Source: Octopus sinensis (taxonomy: Eukaryota). From it: DNA of 64,000 bases. The stretch is taken from the NCBI RefSeq assembly GCF_006345805.1, contig NC_043008.1:64976001-65040000 (forward strand), in the 5' to 3' direction. Numbering within the stretch: the stretch's first letter is position 1; each line of letters opens with the position of its first letter. Positions 41,048 through 54,802 of this stretch are shown here, piece after piece. Made by a program: the position numbers and the translations under genes. The notes below the pieces were generated by a model. It worked only from the letters and a program-made list of their open reading frames with translations, did no database searches and was not told the DNA's origin.

Positions 41048-41201
41048 CTTTATTTAAAAGCACTGTCCGACGAACAAAAACTTGAACCTCAGAGTAACAG
41101 GTTTTGTTGAAGTTTCTGCTGCTTTTAAATAAAGCATATTAATCTACCCCTGGTATTTGAGTACTCTTTTTCCACCTTGTTTCACATTATGTGTTTACTC
41201 C

Positions 41202-41203
<2 letters not shown>
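41046..41203 (+). mobile_element. Short element in (TA)n with a 15-bp inverted repeat enclosing a degenerate HHR-like motif
   Basis: CTTTATTTAAAAGCA (41048-62) pairs with TGCTTTTAAATAAAG (41120-34). Inside is CTGT-CCGACGA-ACAAAAACTT-GAAC-CTCAGAG-TA-ACAG. Confidence 0.5.
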
Positions 41204-41272
<69 letters not shown>

Positions 41273-41349
41273 AAGCATGACTGCTTCAATAAGAAAATAC
41301 ACAATATCGTGTTAAGCCTGCTACGCGATGGTGTCTGTCTCTCTATTTT

Positions 41350-41431
41350 TTCCCCTGACGAAGAAGTTATTAGCGTGATGCACCCTAGTGCCTTAAACAC
41401 AATAATATACCCCTGAAATGGCCATAGGGAA
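41350..41431 (+). ncRNA. Type I hammerhead ribozyme with intact core and a weakened 53-nt stem II
   Basis: TTCCC-CTGACGA-AG...CT-GAAA-TGGCCA-TA-GGGAA. Palindromic stem III ATGGCCAT; stem II contains TTATT/AATAA and GCAC/GTGC helices. It lies in a ~300 bp element directly after the (TA)n at 41204-41270. Confidence 0.7.
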
Positions 41432-42357
41432 TTTAGTAAATATGGTTTCCTCTTTTTAACTATAAGGCCTCTCTTATTCGATAAGTAATTTTATAAGATT
41501 TTCTAAACGATGAATCTTTATTTTATTTTACATTATATATTATATATTTTTATATGTTTCCTATATTTATATATTTTTCTATATATTTTTATATACCTAT
41601 ATATATATATATATATATTACTTTATACTATATTTTTACGTCTTACCTTCTAGGTGTTGTATTGGTTTTTAAAAAAAAATTTTTTTTGTTAATCGCTAAA
41701 GTATTAACTTTCAACCGTGATGAACTGTATTCACATATATTCACACATTTTTTTCTTGCACTTTATTATGTGCTTGTACAGATGAATTATATTCCATCTT
41801 CCGTGATGTCTAAATGTATTTTCTATGATTAAATGTTCGAGTTATGAAATGTTATTGGATGACCTTGCATGTGTTTGTTCTATAACTTTAGTTTGATATA
41901 TATATATATATATATACATTCAGATATTCAGTTATGTGTAGTAACAAGTTTGCTTCCCAACCACATGGTTTGAGATACAGTTCCACTGCCTGGAACATTA
42001 GGGGAGTGGGTTCGACTATAGCTTCGGGCCAACCAAGGACTTGTGAGTGGATCTGGAAGACTGATAAAGAAAGAATATACTTATATGTGTGTATACGTGT
42101 GTATATGTGTATTTATGTGTATATGTGTTTCTATCACTGTGTCAGTGGTACAGAACTTAGTGGTACAGCAAAAGATATCGGTAGAATAAGTATCAGTCTT
42201 CAAAAAGGAAGTACTGGGGTGGGGGCATTCGTTCGACTAAAATTCCTCGAGGTAGTGACGTCGCATGGCTGGAATGTTAACTATGAAAGGTAAATTAATA
42301 AACATATACATAAACACAAATATAGATACACATACAAAGCAATATATAGATATATTA

Positions 42358-42390
<33 letters not shown>

Positions 42391-42602
42391 ATTAAGGGCC
42401 TTACTATACATAAAAGCCACACGCTAGGAGGGACTCTTAAAGTCAAAACAGTCCCTCCTAGCCCGAAGTAGTTATATATAGTAATGCCCTTAATATAAAT
42501 ATATTTAAATGGAATAATTGATAATTTTTCCCTTTTGAGGTTTTTCACACTAACTACTTGAAATATCTTATAAAAGATTTTATCCTGTTTTTAAATTGTA
42601 GG

Positions 42603-42705
<103 letters not shown>

Positions 42706-42728
42706 GTTGGTATATAGATAGATATATA

Positions 42729-42763
<35 letters not shown>

Positions 42764-43081
42764 TTTTTGGTGGTGTTAAGAAATCGTTAGTATCCACAAA
42801 ACTATTCACTATACACACACATTCATCCGATGTATGAATGTAAACGGATAGTTATATTTCGAGGTGGTCATTTTATTTCCTTAACCATTAAAAACACGCA
42901 CATGCTTCACTATCTCGTTATTGTTCTTATTTTATCTCATGCCCATTGTGTGGAAATCTTTCGTCACGCATCTGTGACCTCTTAAGCGACTTTTCCACTC
43001 ACGTGTACTTTACTGTTCTTTTCAGTCAATTCTGCCTTTCTATGCTGTGTATCCTTATCTGCACATGCGTTTACGTCTGCA

Positions 43082-43116
<35 letters not shown>

Positions 43117-43672
43117 ATGTATGTATACATGTCTGAGGGTTTTGCCTGTGTGCTTGTATTTGTGTATGGATTTGCTTACTATATTGTTTGTATCCGTGCT
43201 GTTTATAAATGTTTTCATTTGTTTACTTATTTATCTCAATTTCTTAAATGTTGTCATAGGTTTGTGCAAATTTGTCTTTTGTGTATGTATTATACACTTT
43301 GTATCTGTGTTTTTCACTATCTTTCTGCCTTTAGTCTTGGTATTGTCCTGTTGCATGGTGCTGTAGCTTTAGGTATTGTGGCCGTGTTTTCTGTTGCAGC
43401 TCGGTCTGTCTACTACTATGTGTGTTGCCTCCTTAATCTAGCTAAGAATCGTGTCTTATCTATGCGTTGACAATATCGTAACTTCTATGTTATTAACCGA
43501 GCCTCTATATTCTGCTTGAGCATGTTGGTAGAGCACTGACGAGATTTTCTCCTGTTTGAGGTACTGCCGGTGTTTATCTATTCGGTCCCTTATGCTACGT
43601 GCCGTCTCCCCAATGTACATCATATGCTATAGAGTCCGTTCCTAAACTTAGAGTTAATCTGTTGGTTCATCC

Positions 43673-43705
<33 letters not shown>

Positions 43706-44139
43706 TATATATATTATATATATATATATATGTATATACACACATTCATATATGCACGTATACATCTACACATATATTCATATATGTATGTGTATGTATG
43801 TTCATATTGGTTTCCTTCAAATTTAATGTCTTACCAGCACAACCACCAGTGTCGCTAGTTACTTTCTATTTCTAATTTTTTTTAAACGACACTTGTTCAT
43901 TCAAAATTATGAGGTTGTGTTTGTGAATACAGTTGATGCATTTCACATCCAATGGTAGCTATATAAATGTAAGAGATAACAGACAGAGACTTATGCTTCT
44001 AAACATGCAAGTCCCGACTTGTTTTTGAAAGGAATTCTTGGTGGAATTGACAGGTGTCAGTATATCGTAAGTAATGTCATACAAGTACGAAATGTTTATG
44101 AGAATTAAAATATGCTGCCGCTGTTTCTGCTGAAGCTAC

Positions 44140-44141
44140 CA

Positions 44142-44200
<59 letters not shown>

Positions 44201-44203
44201 ACA

Positions 44204-44234
<31 letters not shown>

Positions 44235-44260
44235 ACTACTACTACAACTACTACTACTAC
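44140..44260. repeat. Compound (CTA)n/(CTG)n trinucleotide repeat
   Basis: Directly visible. Confidence 0.9.
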
Positions 44261-44629
44261 TCTCAAGTCTACGGTCTGATATTGCTTTGGGGTGTGGAGC
44301 CAGTCGATTACGCTGACCCAAGTGCTCAACTTGATACTTATTTTATCGCCCTCCAAAGGATAGAAGGCAAAGTCAACCTTGATCTCGAAACTTAAAGACG
44401 GACAAAAGCTACGAAGCATTTTGTCGGGCGGCGAAGTCAGCACACGTCTCCGTATTAGATTGGCTGATTCCACAATAATGGAATGAGCCAATCCAACTAC
44501 ATCAACATAAAAAAAGGTATTTTCGATGTGACCGCCTCTCTCCATTACGTTTTTTTGCGTGGTAGTAGTTCCACTCTCAAACAAATTGGATAACCCCAGA
44601 TACGGGTACACATTTTTTTAATAATATAA

Positions 44630-45575
44630 TATACCATGTTTTTTACATGGACGATTTGAAGCTGTTTGCTAGGATTAACCATCCACTGGGATGGATTTTG
44701 GCTAATCAGCATTTGTAAGAGGCAAGCTCTGACAAATAACTTTCATTAAATCAGATATCAACACTACCATTAAGGAACTTGATCCACAAGAAAATTATAA
44801 ATACTTTGAAATAAACAAAAGAAATAGCATATATCATGCTACTAGAAGGAAGAAATAAGAAAGGGGTGCTCTATGAAAATAAGACTTGTGCTGAAGACTG
44901 AACTCAACTCTAAAAATCGCATCGAAGTCATTACCACCTTGGCACTTCCAGTAGTCCAGTACAGCTTTAAGATCATTAGCTGGAATCCTACAGGACTCCA
45001 ACGCCTGGACAAGAAACCAAGAAAATTATTGACATCCAAGAACATGCACGGCCCTTAGGTGGCCGTAGACCGTCTGTACCTACCTAGAAGCAGTGGATAG
45101 GAAGAGATGAATAATGGAATTAGAACTGTCTTATAAGACCTCCACTATCGGAATGTACAAGTACTTATCTACAGAAGGTTGGATGCTGCGACTTGTGTGT
45201 GAACATGAAAGCAACAAAAGTCACTTTTTTGTCAAAAAGCTTATAAATTCGAAAGAGAACTTGGCATTAACCCTGAATTCGATAAGGAGCCTGAAACTCC
45301 TGCTATCAAGCAAGCAAAACGAATCAAACAGACTGCAAAAAGAACGAGCAGAAACAAATTGAGAAACGGTGGAATCATAAGCTCCTACATCTACATTGAC
45401 AATGCATTTCCCCGATGCCCAAAATACTGATGTAGACAAAACAAGAACCTATAAGAGGCTGAGGAGTTCGAGATTGAAAACCGAGACTAAGAGCTTCATA
45501 CTGGCAAAACAAGATCAAACTTTGCTTACGTGATATTACCAGGCTAACATACTCCAGAATTGTAATGACACTAAA
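44630..45575 (+). pseudogene. Decayed R4/Dong-like RT and downstream region
   Basis: FYMDDLKLFA near 44640; YKYFEI; LKTELNSKNRIEVITTLALPVVQYSF..W..LQRLDKKPRKLL; VDRLYLPRS; MELELSYKTSTIGMYKYL; QDQTLLT..YQANI. Multiple stops and frameshifts. Confidence 0.8.
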
Positions 45576-45744
45576 ATGCTCGAATTTTCTGGCCTCTACT
45601 CAAAATTATTACTGCCTGCACTAATGTTATTTCTATTTCTATCTCTCTATATTCTCCTCATTCTCTCTCCCTTTCTCTCTATCTCAGTCTATCTATCTGT
45701 ATATCTGTGTTTATGTGTGTATGCGTCTGAAACTGTACGTTGTG

Positions 45745-45776
<32 letters not shown>

Positions 45777-45843
45777 CATATAGATAAACAGATAGCCAGA
45801 CAAACAGTCAGATAGATAGAGATAGAGGGGGAGAATGAGAAAG

Positions 45844-45919
<76 letters not shown>

Positions 45920-46875
45920 GTAGATAGATAGATAGATAGATATGGAAGTATGTTGTCTACAATATTCTGACGAAACACAATGAGTTCTGCCATACTACAT
46001 GCTGAAAGATAATAGAATTCGTCTATTCAATGAAATTAAGTACAGCCGAGCAGTAATATTTCTTTGGAGTCCTCGAAAATATATGCTCTTCAAGTTTCAG
46101 ATCCTTGAAATATATGCAGTTCTGTTTTCAGATATTCCATAGTTATTGTTTTATTTCTTTTGCTCTTCTCTGGTAGTTAATATTTATGCTGTTCTTGATA
46201 ATGCCTTCATACTCCCAGTTCTGGTGTATTAATATTTCTGTCACTCTTGCTAACACCAAGGAATTGTCAATGCTATTCGTACAGTTGATATGGTTTTTGT
46301 ATGTTGTTGGCTGTTGTGTTTAATATTCGAATTCCTATTGTTGTCACATATTAGCTATCTTTATTATTATGAAAGTTGATTTTATTACTTTTATTGTTTT
46401 TCGTTATCGTTTATGCTTTCTTTGAATTTGATTTTTGGGTTTTTTTTTCTTGTATTTACTTCTTGTTATGCTATTTTCCTTTCCTGTTGAAAATATTGCA
46501 CTGAAATTTGCTAAACCATTTATTTGTGTTGTCAAATCTATTTTAACTCGGCGAATCGTGTTTTATTATTTATTCACTTCTCGTTTATTTAAAAAGCTAA
46601 CGTATCTTAATGCCTCTGAATATTCACATTCATTCGCTGAATCGCTAAGTTTACACAGGAGTATAAGAATTATAATAAGGAATCATTTCTAAGCAGAACA
46701 AGGATTTGGTTGAATCATGAAATCTGCTGGGAAGATCTAGCCACAACAATAGCGAATGTGCATACTCATCTACAGGTACTAAAATAAATATATTCACTTT
46801 GATGTGTTTATGTATATATACATACATTCATGTATGCATGTCCAAAGCTATACATCATAAACAATCATATACATT

Positions 46876-46919
<44 letters not shown>

Positions 46920-47051
46920 ATATTATATATATATATAATGGGTTCACTCGTCGTTCGATGATTTGTTTATAGTGATCAAATGTTTGTGTATATGTATGCG
47001 TATATGTACGTCTATATGTATTTATTTATCTATATATCAATCTTCTCTCTT

Positions 47052-47096
<45 letters not shown>

Positions 47097-49567
47097 CTAT
47101 AGATATATGTATCACATTTATTGCGTTATATTTGTCTGAAAGAAAAAGATTATTTTGTCAATGTCAAAGAGAGCAATGCTATAAACAAATATGTCCAAAA
47201 TTTTTCTTCACTATTTCCGATTTAATTGTGTTAACAATAGGAATGCGACCATCCAAAGACACCGTCTTAAAAGGTTTAGTCTAAAAAGTTGACTCAGTAC
47301 TAATGTTTTAAATCTGTCACTTATCATATTGGGTCTTTTGCCGAACTACTCAGTTACTGGTTCGTAAACACTTTCTAACTTTGTTTCTGTTGTACGGAAT
47401 ATAATTTAATTCTCTCTTTAATGAATTGGTTTCTTTTGTTTGTAGGTCTATGTGTTTGTAGAATCTAATTCATTTTGGCATCCTTTATTAGTCTCAGTAC
47501 ATTTTGCATGATACTGTTATAGCCTTTATTACTTCCAATACCGTAAATTACGATATTTGATAATATTTTCAGTTCATGTTTGTTCGTTTGTTTCACTTGT
47601 TCTATATCCTGGGTATCAATTGTCTTGGTTCATTGTACTCTATCATTTGTTATATATATTGAATACTAACTGTCGACCAGTGTGTGTTTAAGTTCGTTCG
47701 ATACGTACGTAATGAATATTTTTATTTGAAACAATTATGCACATCGTTTTGGACACATAAAAAAGAATATCTGTACGTGCGTGGTTCGTGTATCATGAAG
47801 TAAAGAGTAGATATATGTTCATGTGTTAGAGTTTGTAACGTACATCAGTCTCAATTCGCTTGTTGACTTTCATTTCTAAAATATGTATAAAAATGGATGT
47901 TTATTCTGATTGTATTTTTTTGGTGAACTGAATGTCATTCTGCATTCCATTAAGTGATATTTTAATATCATTGAATTTCTGTATTTTAAGCCAGGTCATA
48001 AAGCAAGCAACAAACAATCTTTGCAATTAACTTTTATACTCTGCTAGAAAGAGTTCCGCATTTTTAGGAATTCGCTATAATTTGTAGTTTTTCAATCTAA
48101 TATAATAGTAATCTTTCAAACCAATCCAATACACATGCTGCCGGAACAGTTTATAATAATTTATAACAAAATATATATGTGTGCATAACTCTGTATTGTA
48201 TATATGTATCTAATCATACATATACATAAATATATACATACACACACACATATATATATATATATATATGCATACATACATATGGATAGATAGCTATGTA
48301 CGTACAATATATATATATATATGTGTATATATATAGAAGCATATTTATATATACATAAACATATACACACACACATACACACGCACACACACATATATAT
48401 ATATACATATACTATATGTAAAGACGCATGCTACAAAGCGTTTTGCACGGTTTACTGATGATCATGCCAGTTCGCTGTCTTTACTTTCTGAGTTCAAATT
48501 TTGCCGAGATCGACTTCACCTTTCCCACTTTGGGGGTCAAGAAAATGAGTTCCATTTGTCCAATGTGGGCGATGTAATCGACTCAACCTCGCTCCGAACC
48601 CGCTCACTTTGTACCAAAATTATAAATTAGTGTTACTTCTGATGTCATCGCAAGGTCAGTATTTTAAGGGCAGGGGTTTGAATCTGATACTATCGCTATC
48701 ATTATTCGACTTATTTTATTTTATCGGAAGTGTAAAATCGGAAGGTGAAATGAACCCCTAGGTGATTTGAACTCAGAATGCAAAGGGCCGGAAGAAATAG
48801 TACAATACATTTTTTCCGACAATTTACTGATTCAGCAGCCAAAGCTGACACCGTTTGGTTCCCGACTTCTTTGGCAATGATACTTTATATTTAGCACCAG
48901 AGAATGTTTGGTAAAATATGTTATGCTAGCACTAAGACCCTTTAAGATTGCATTAAGAAAGTTGTATTCATCTCAGTTTTCGAAAATATCTCGTTGGATA
49001 TCTCCTACTCTTATACGTTCGATTTAACATATCACTTGTTTCATATTAAACATCTATCGATAAAGGAGAAGAAAGTCTTTCACGAATAATATGCAATAGA
49101 GGAGAAGCTCTTAACAATTGTGTTCATCTCCAAGCAAGATCCCAACTGATAACCATAGCAACCGTAAATGGCCAGGTGTAACGAATGTGAAAAGAAAATA
49201 CTTATTCTCAGTATCAAATGCTTATTCTAAGGAATACTGCTATGCAATTTTACATCCGAATTTTCGCATTTGTGCATTATACATTTTTCATTGTTCGATA
49301 GATTTCTGTGCCATCTCTCTCACATTGACTTTTCGAACACTTTCTATCATAAACTTAGGCAGAGAGATCACCTAACTAGACACCAATGTAAATATGTTTT
49401 CTAGATATTTTGTTACGATTTTAGGTTGGTTTTAATCCTTTCTAAATACGTAAATAAATAAATGCTCATATGTACCGGAGAATTTCCCCCTGTGTAAATC
49501 TTATGAATCTGACTGAAATAGTTTTGCTTGGTAAATGATTTCAATAAATTATTTTTATATTCGTCTA

Positions 49568-49986
49568 GGCGTAGAAGCGGCTGTGTGGTAAGTAGCTTGC
49601 TTACCAACCACATGGTTCCGAGTTCAGTCCCACTGCGTGGCACCTTGGGCAAGTGTCTTATACTATAGCCTCGGACCGACCAAAGCCTTGTGAGTGGATT
49701 TGGTAGACGGAAACAGAAAGAAGCTCATCATATATATGTATATCTATGTATATGTATAGGTATGTGTGTTTGTGTGTTTGTGTCTCTGTGTTTGTCCCCA
49801 CAACATCGTTTGACATCAGATGCTGGTGTGTTTACGTCCCCGTAACTTAGCGGTTCGGCAAAAGAGACTGATAGAATAAGTACTAAGCTTACTAAGAATA
49901 AGTCCTGGAGTTGATTTTCTAGACTAAAGGGGGTGCTCCAGCATGGTCACAGTCAAATGACTGAAAGAATTAAAAGATTAAAAGAG
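49568..49986 (+). mobile_element. SINE family B, full length
   Basis: Same head, microsatellite and tail as 16398-16853. Confidence 0.85.
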
Positions 49987-50032
49987 TTTACAGTTAAGGT
50001 AAGAGACATTGACAATAATGATTCTAAGTATA

Positions 50033-50805
50033 ATAATTGCTTCAAATTTTAACACAAGACCAGCATGTTAAGGGGTGTAGCAGTCGATTATATCGATTAT
50101 ATCGACCCCAGTGCATAACTAATGCACATTTTATCGATCTAGAAAGGAGGAAACCCATAGTCGAAGTCAGCGGGATTTCAACGCCGAACGTAAAGAAGTA
50201 CGCAATAGCGCTAAGCTATTTGCCCGGCGTGCTAACGATTCTGCCATTTCGGGTAGGGGGACAGTCGATTACATCGACCTCAGTACTTGACTGGTACTTA
50301 CTTTATCAACCCCGAAAAGATGAAATGCAAAGTCGACCTCGACAGAAATTAAACTCAGAACGTAACGGCAGACGAAACACCGCAAAGCATTTCGCATGGC
50401 GTGCTAACGATTCTTTTCTACTCTAGACACAAGGCTCGAAGTTTTGGGGGAGAATTCCAGTCTATGAAATCGACTTCAGTATGCAACCGGTACTTAATTT
50501 ATTGACCCAGTAAGGATGAAAGGCAAAGTCGACCTTGGCGGAATTTGAACTAAGAACTTAACGGCAGACGAAATACCTATTTCTTTACTACCCAAAAGGG
50601 GATAAACACAGAGAGTACAAACAAGGACAGACAAACGGATTATGTCGATTACATCGACCCCGGCGCGTAACTGGTATTTATTTATCGACCCCGATAGGAT
50701 GAAAGGCAAAATCGGCCTCGGCAGAATTTGAACTCAGAACGTAACGGTAGCCGAAATACCGCTAAGCATTTCGCCCGACCTGCTAACGATTCTGCCAACT
50801 CGCCG
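50033..50805 (-). mobile_element. Cluster of about four stacked family C SINE copies
   Basis: Repeated TCGACCCC..GATGAAAGGCAAAGTCGACCT..GGAATTTGAACT motifs, directly downstream of a family B copy. Confidence 0.8.
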
Positions 50806-50999
50806 ATTTATCTCTGAGCATAATAATGGTAACTTTTATAATCGCTATAATTTGGATTGCGCCTAATACTACTAATATTATGATTTAAATATTTGTCTTT
50901 CTGTTTTTATCTGTAATGGCAGCGGCTACGTGATTACTGTGACTATGATTGTGATGGTAGTTACAATCATGCCTGAATATTATGATTGTAAAATTATTG

Positions 51000-52450
51000 A
51001 TTGTGACTATCATAATTTTGGTTCATATGCTTGTGTTTACTGTAAATGCGATTATTTGTTCAATTATATAATATTACTACGAACATGTTCGTTATGATTG
51101 TAATTGTGATTTTATGTATGTTGATTATTCTTATTGAAACTATTATGATGGCGAATACCAAGTTTAGTTTTATTGCTATGGATTACTGCTATCGTATTGT
51201 TTGACGGTTGTGATATATATGATTTTGTACTTTTGTATTTTTACGATTGCCTATAAGAATGCAAATGTTGTGATAGGCTATATTTTTACTATTAGTGTGA
51301 CCATATTTCTTGCGATCGTAACTTTTATGATGATTTTCTATTCATTATTATGTCTGTGATTATTATTATTAACAATATTATTAGTTCAATTATCTGTCAT
51401 TGCATTAATTATGTGTGTTGTTTTTGCGACTTTTATGATGTCCTACATTTTCATACTCTACTTAGTTTTTATTTTTATCAATTTGATTTATATCATTGTA
51501 AATATTATGATTTTTTCGATTGTTCATAATTACTGTGATTACGTTTACTTTGAAAGTGGTTTTTATAAATTTGGATATTTTGAATCTGTTTTATTTTTGA
51601 TATGCTTGTAATCTTGTAGCACAGCCGCAGAGATAGAGAACCCATTGATTGTCATAATCTATATTATCTGGGTAGAGCCGTCGGCCCACCTGTCTGTGAG
51701 TTAAGCAGTGAGACGAAACCGTCCTGCTCACATTCATTGTGACAGTATTTCAGCATTGATGAATACTCAGGTTTTGAATAACTGCTGTAGTTTCTAGGAC
51801 AATTTAGGTTATCGACCGAAACCTTTTCGAACGTCAGTTTCCTTCATTTCTTTGGCCAAGACACTTTTGCCTTGACTGTTAAGTATGGCGAAAGAGATTG
51901 AATGCATTGATGAAATTTATCAAGCCTCACTTGGAGAAGATATCTGGATTTTAACATACAAAGAATTATGACTGACTTCATGTAGTAGTTACTATTATGA
52001 CTGATTAATGTGAATGCGATAAGATTGTGATTATTAACATAGAAACTGTTATGATTACTTATTGCTGTGATTGGGATAACATTTCCTGTTGTAGGTGAGA
52101 TTATTTCGAATGAAATTATGATTGTGACAATTATAATTGTGATTAATATGATGATAATTATCATAATAGCGATAATCGTCGTTCTCAATAGTATGAGGAT
52201 GATTATTATAGCAGTGATCATTATAGTATGATTGTGGTTATTACTACTGTGAACATTGTAAAAGCTATAGTGATTAATACCGATATGATCATTATAGTAA
52301 TGATTAATATGTATGAAGCAATTACGATCGTGATTAGTATCAATATGATCGAGCTCTGAAGTGGCAGAAAAATTAGAGTATTGCAGAAATGTGTCATAGC
52401 AATTCTTCCGAGTGATAACGTTCTCAGTTTAAATTCTTGTATCAGCTTCA
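51000..52450. repeat. Degenerate (ATT/GAT)-type low-complexity region
   Basis: Long imperfect TATGAT/ATTATT runs, interrupted by a more complex segment at ~51620-51960. Confidence 0.6.
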
Positions 52451-52849
52451 ATTTTCATATCTCAGTGGCAAATGAAATAAATTATCAGTCTATATTCCTG
52501 GGTCGGTGTTACCGACGAGCCCGTCCTCTCCAAATCGACGGCACCGTGCCAAAATGTTAATCTGTCATTATTATTACGATTAAAAAGATTATGAATGAGA
52601 CAATTATGATGGTTGTCATTATAGTTACGGGGTAAAATGCTAAGCGGTACTTTGTCATTATGTTCCAATTCCGTCGATATTACCTAACATCATTTTGAGG
52701 TCGATAAAATAGGTACCCTGTACCTATAGCATGTGATCATAATAGGTGGATATTGGTATTGTGCCTATTATGTTTGTCATTATTAGGACCTTGTTCATAA
52801 TAATAGAATAATAGTCGTAATTATGTTGGAGATTTTTATATATATATAC

Positions 52850-53692
52850 ATATATAAGAAAATAGTAAAGAGTGAAAAAACGACAGAAGGCTTAAATATT
52901 AAAAAATATATATATTTGTTTAAAAATGTCTGGAGAATATTGGAAACATTTTTTTCCTTTCCTTAAAATGACATAATTTTATAATTTTTAAAGAAATACC
53001 GGTTTCGCGTGTAGCTTTTCAAATTTCTTGTGACGTTATGTTTATATTGCATGGAGTTATCGTTGTGTTTATTTTCAGGAGATTTCTAAATAAGGGGAGG
53101 TAGTGAGTGATTTCTTCCGGTGTAAGGGAGATACTCGCTTAAATTTTTTTTCCTTTCCCTTGTTAATTTCTCTGTGTCAGTATGTTCGGATGGTTGAGTC
53201 TGGGTTTGTACTTTTCAATGAAGAATGTTTCCTTGTTCAGTCTCATTTGTGTTGATGATCCGAAAGCACATTGGTAAAATGGGAAGATTAAAAATTGTGG
53301 CAGTAGTTGCTTTGCGCATTTCTCAATGTGCTCACTAAAAGGTATCATTCTATATTCTGGGAATGCAATCTGTTGTCGATGCAGTGTGCATCTACGCCTG
53401 ATTGATAGTCCCGTGGAACCCACGTAGTCTTGGTGGCAGCCCGAGCATTTAATGACATAAATTATGTTTTCAGAGGCACAAGTAAAGTTAGATTTGATCT
53501 TGAATTTTTGTCCCTCTTTAAAGAGGAATTCTGATCCTTCTAGCAGGTTAGGGCATGTTGCACAGTTCGATCTACCACATTTTTTTACTTTTGCATCCGT
53601 AATTTCAGAAGACAATTTTGACACAAATATATATATTTTTTAACATTTAAGCCTTCTGTCGTTTTTTCACTCTTTACTATTTTCTTATATAT
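52850..53692 (-). mobile_element. Truncated PLE: endonuclease plus pseudo-LTR, with an ~80 bp inverted copy of the 3' end at the 5' end
   Basis: 52850-52931 is the reverse complement of 53610-53692. A decayed HHR lies at 52991-53029 (minus: AAGAAA-TTTGAAAA-GC-TACAC-GC-GAAA-CCGG-TA-TTTCTT). TA-rich flanks. Confidence 0.8.
53163..53624 (-). CDS. GIY-YIG endonuclease domain of a 5'-truncated Penelope-like element
   Basis: CGRSNCATC Cys motif, NIIYVIKCSGCHQDYVGSTG (GIY-YIG-type), RRRCTLHRQ, and KETFFIEKYKPRLN (conserved E and N). No RT upstream. The annotated start falls in the inverted end copy, so it is not a true start. Confidence 0.85.
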   Translation of the reverse strand: MSKLSSEITDAKVKKCGRSNCATCPNLLEGSEFLFKEGQKFKIKSNFTCASENIIYVIKCSGCHQDYVGSTGLSIRRRCTLHRQQIAFPEYRMIPFSEHIEKCAKQLLPQFLIFPFYQCAFGSSTQMRLNKETFFIEKYKPRLNHPNILTQRN

Positions 53693-53933
53693 TCACCCAC
53701 GTGCTTTACCAAACAAACTTTCTTATCTATATACATATATATATATATATATATAATATATATATATATATTATATACAAAGAGCAATAAAGATTCAAGT
53801 TAATTTAAATGAATTTACTTGAAATGGTACCTAACTTAGATGCACCAAAAAAAAAAAACTATACTGATTTAACAATACAGTAATGTGGGGGTGATTATAA
53901 GCGAGAGAAAGAAGCAACAAGAATGGATAGGTT

Positions 53934-54021
53934 TTTAGTACGATCGTTTCATACAAGGACAGGTTTTATAAAAGTTGCAAAGATTACAGCATATAAACGA
54001 GTCCCGTACTCATCAGCTAAA
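53934..54021 (-). ncRNA. Type I hammerhead ribozyme (inverted twin of 54803-54893)
   Basis: Minus strand reads TTTAG-CTGATGA-GTACGGGAC...TGTAT-GAAA-CGATCG-TA-CTAAA; core intact. Confidence 0.85.
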
Positions 54022-54802
54022 CTACATGTGAGTTCTCTAGACATCCTAGTGTTGAGGCTATCTCATGAAGTAATGTAGATAATTAAGTAACATAAACAGA
54101 TTTCTAAAGTTCATTAAAGTTCTTTAAAGATGATGTACAGTCTTATCACAGAATTTTAAAAAAGTTTTGATAGCATCACAGAGAAGGGGACCTAATCCAT
54201 ATGAATTTCCATAGATATGATGAGGGATTATATACTCACAGAAGACAAATTTATCCATTGTTAATTACAACGAGGTGGTCTCAATTCCTGCTTATTAGCA
54301 TTACAGCGAGGGTGAATTAATCTTGTATAGATGCACAAAATTCCAATGGGTAGATGTAAATTCCAGAGAAATGGAGATGAATTTCATATTCACAGGCGAT
54401 AAATTTTCAATGGTTGAACACAATGAGGTAGGTATCAATCCTTGTATATGATTAGGTATTTGCCACATTAATCACATTACTGCTATTCACAAGAGGCTGT
54501 AGCTATTCACCCTCTCTGTAATGCTAATAAGCAGGAATTGAGACCCACCTCGTTGTAATTAACAATGGATAAATTTGTCTTCTGTGAGTATATAATCCCT
54601 CATCATATCTATGGAAATTCATATGGATTAGGTCACCTTCTCTGTGATGCTATCAAAACTTTTTTTAAAATTCTGTGATAAGACTGTACATCATCTTTAA
54701 AGAACTTTAATGAACTTTAGAAATCTGTTTATGGTACTTAATTATTACATTACTTCATGAGTATAGCCTCAAACACTAGGATGTCTAGAGAACTCACATG
54801 TA

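Noticed and set aside
45960-46025. CTGACGA...GAAA spacing suggestive of an HHR
   Set aside because: Stems I, II and III do not pair. Likewise rejected: 5000-5030, 34577, 43538, 51700-51730 and 63592 (the last is mariner coding sequence).
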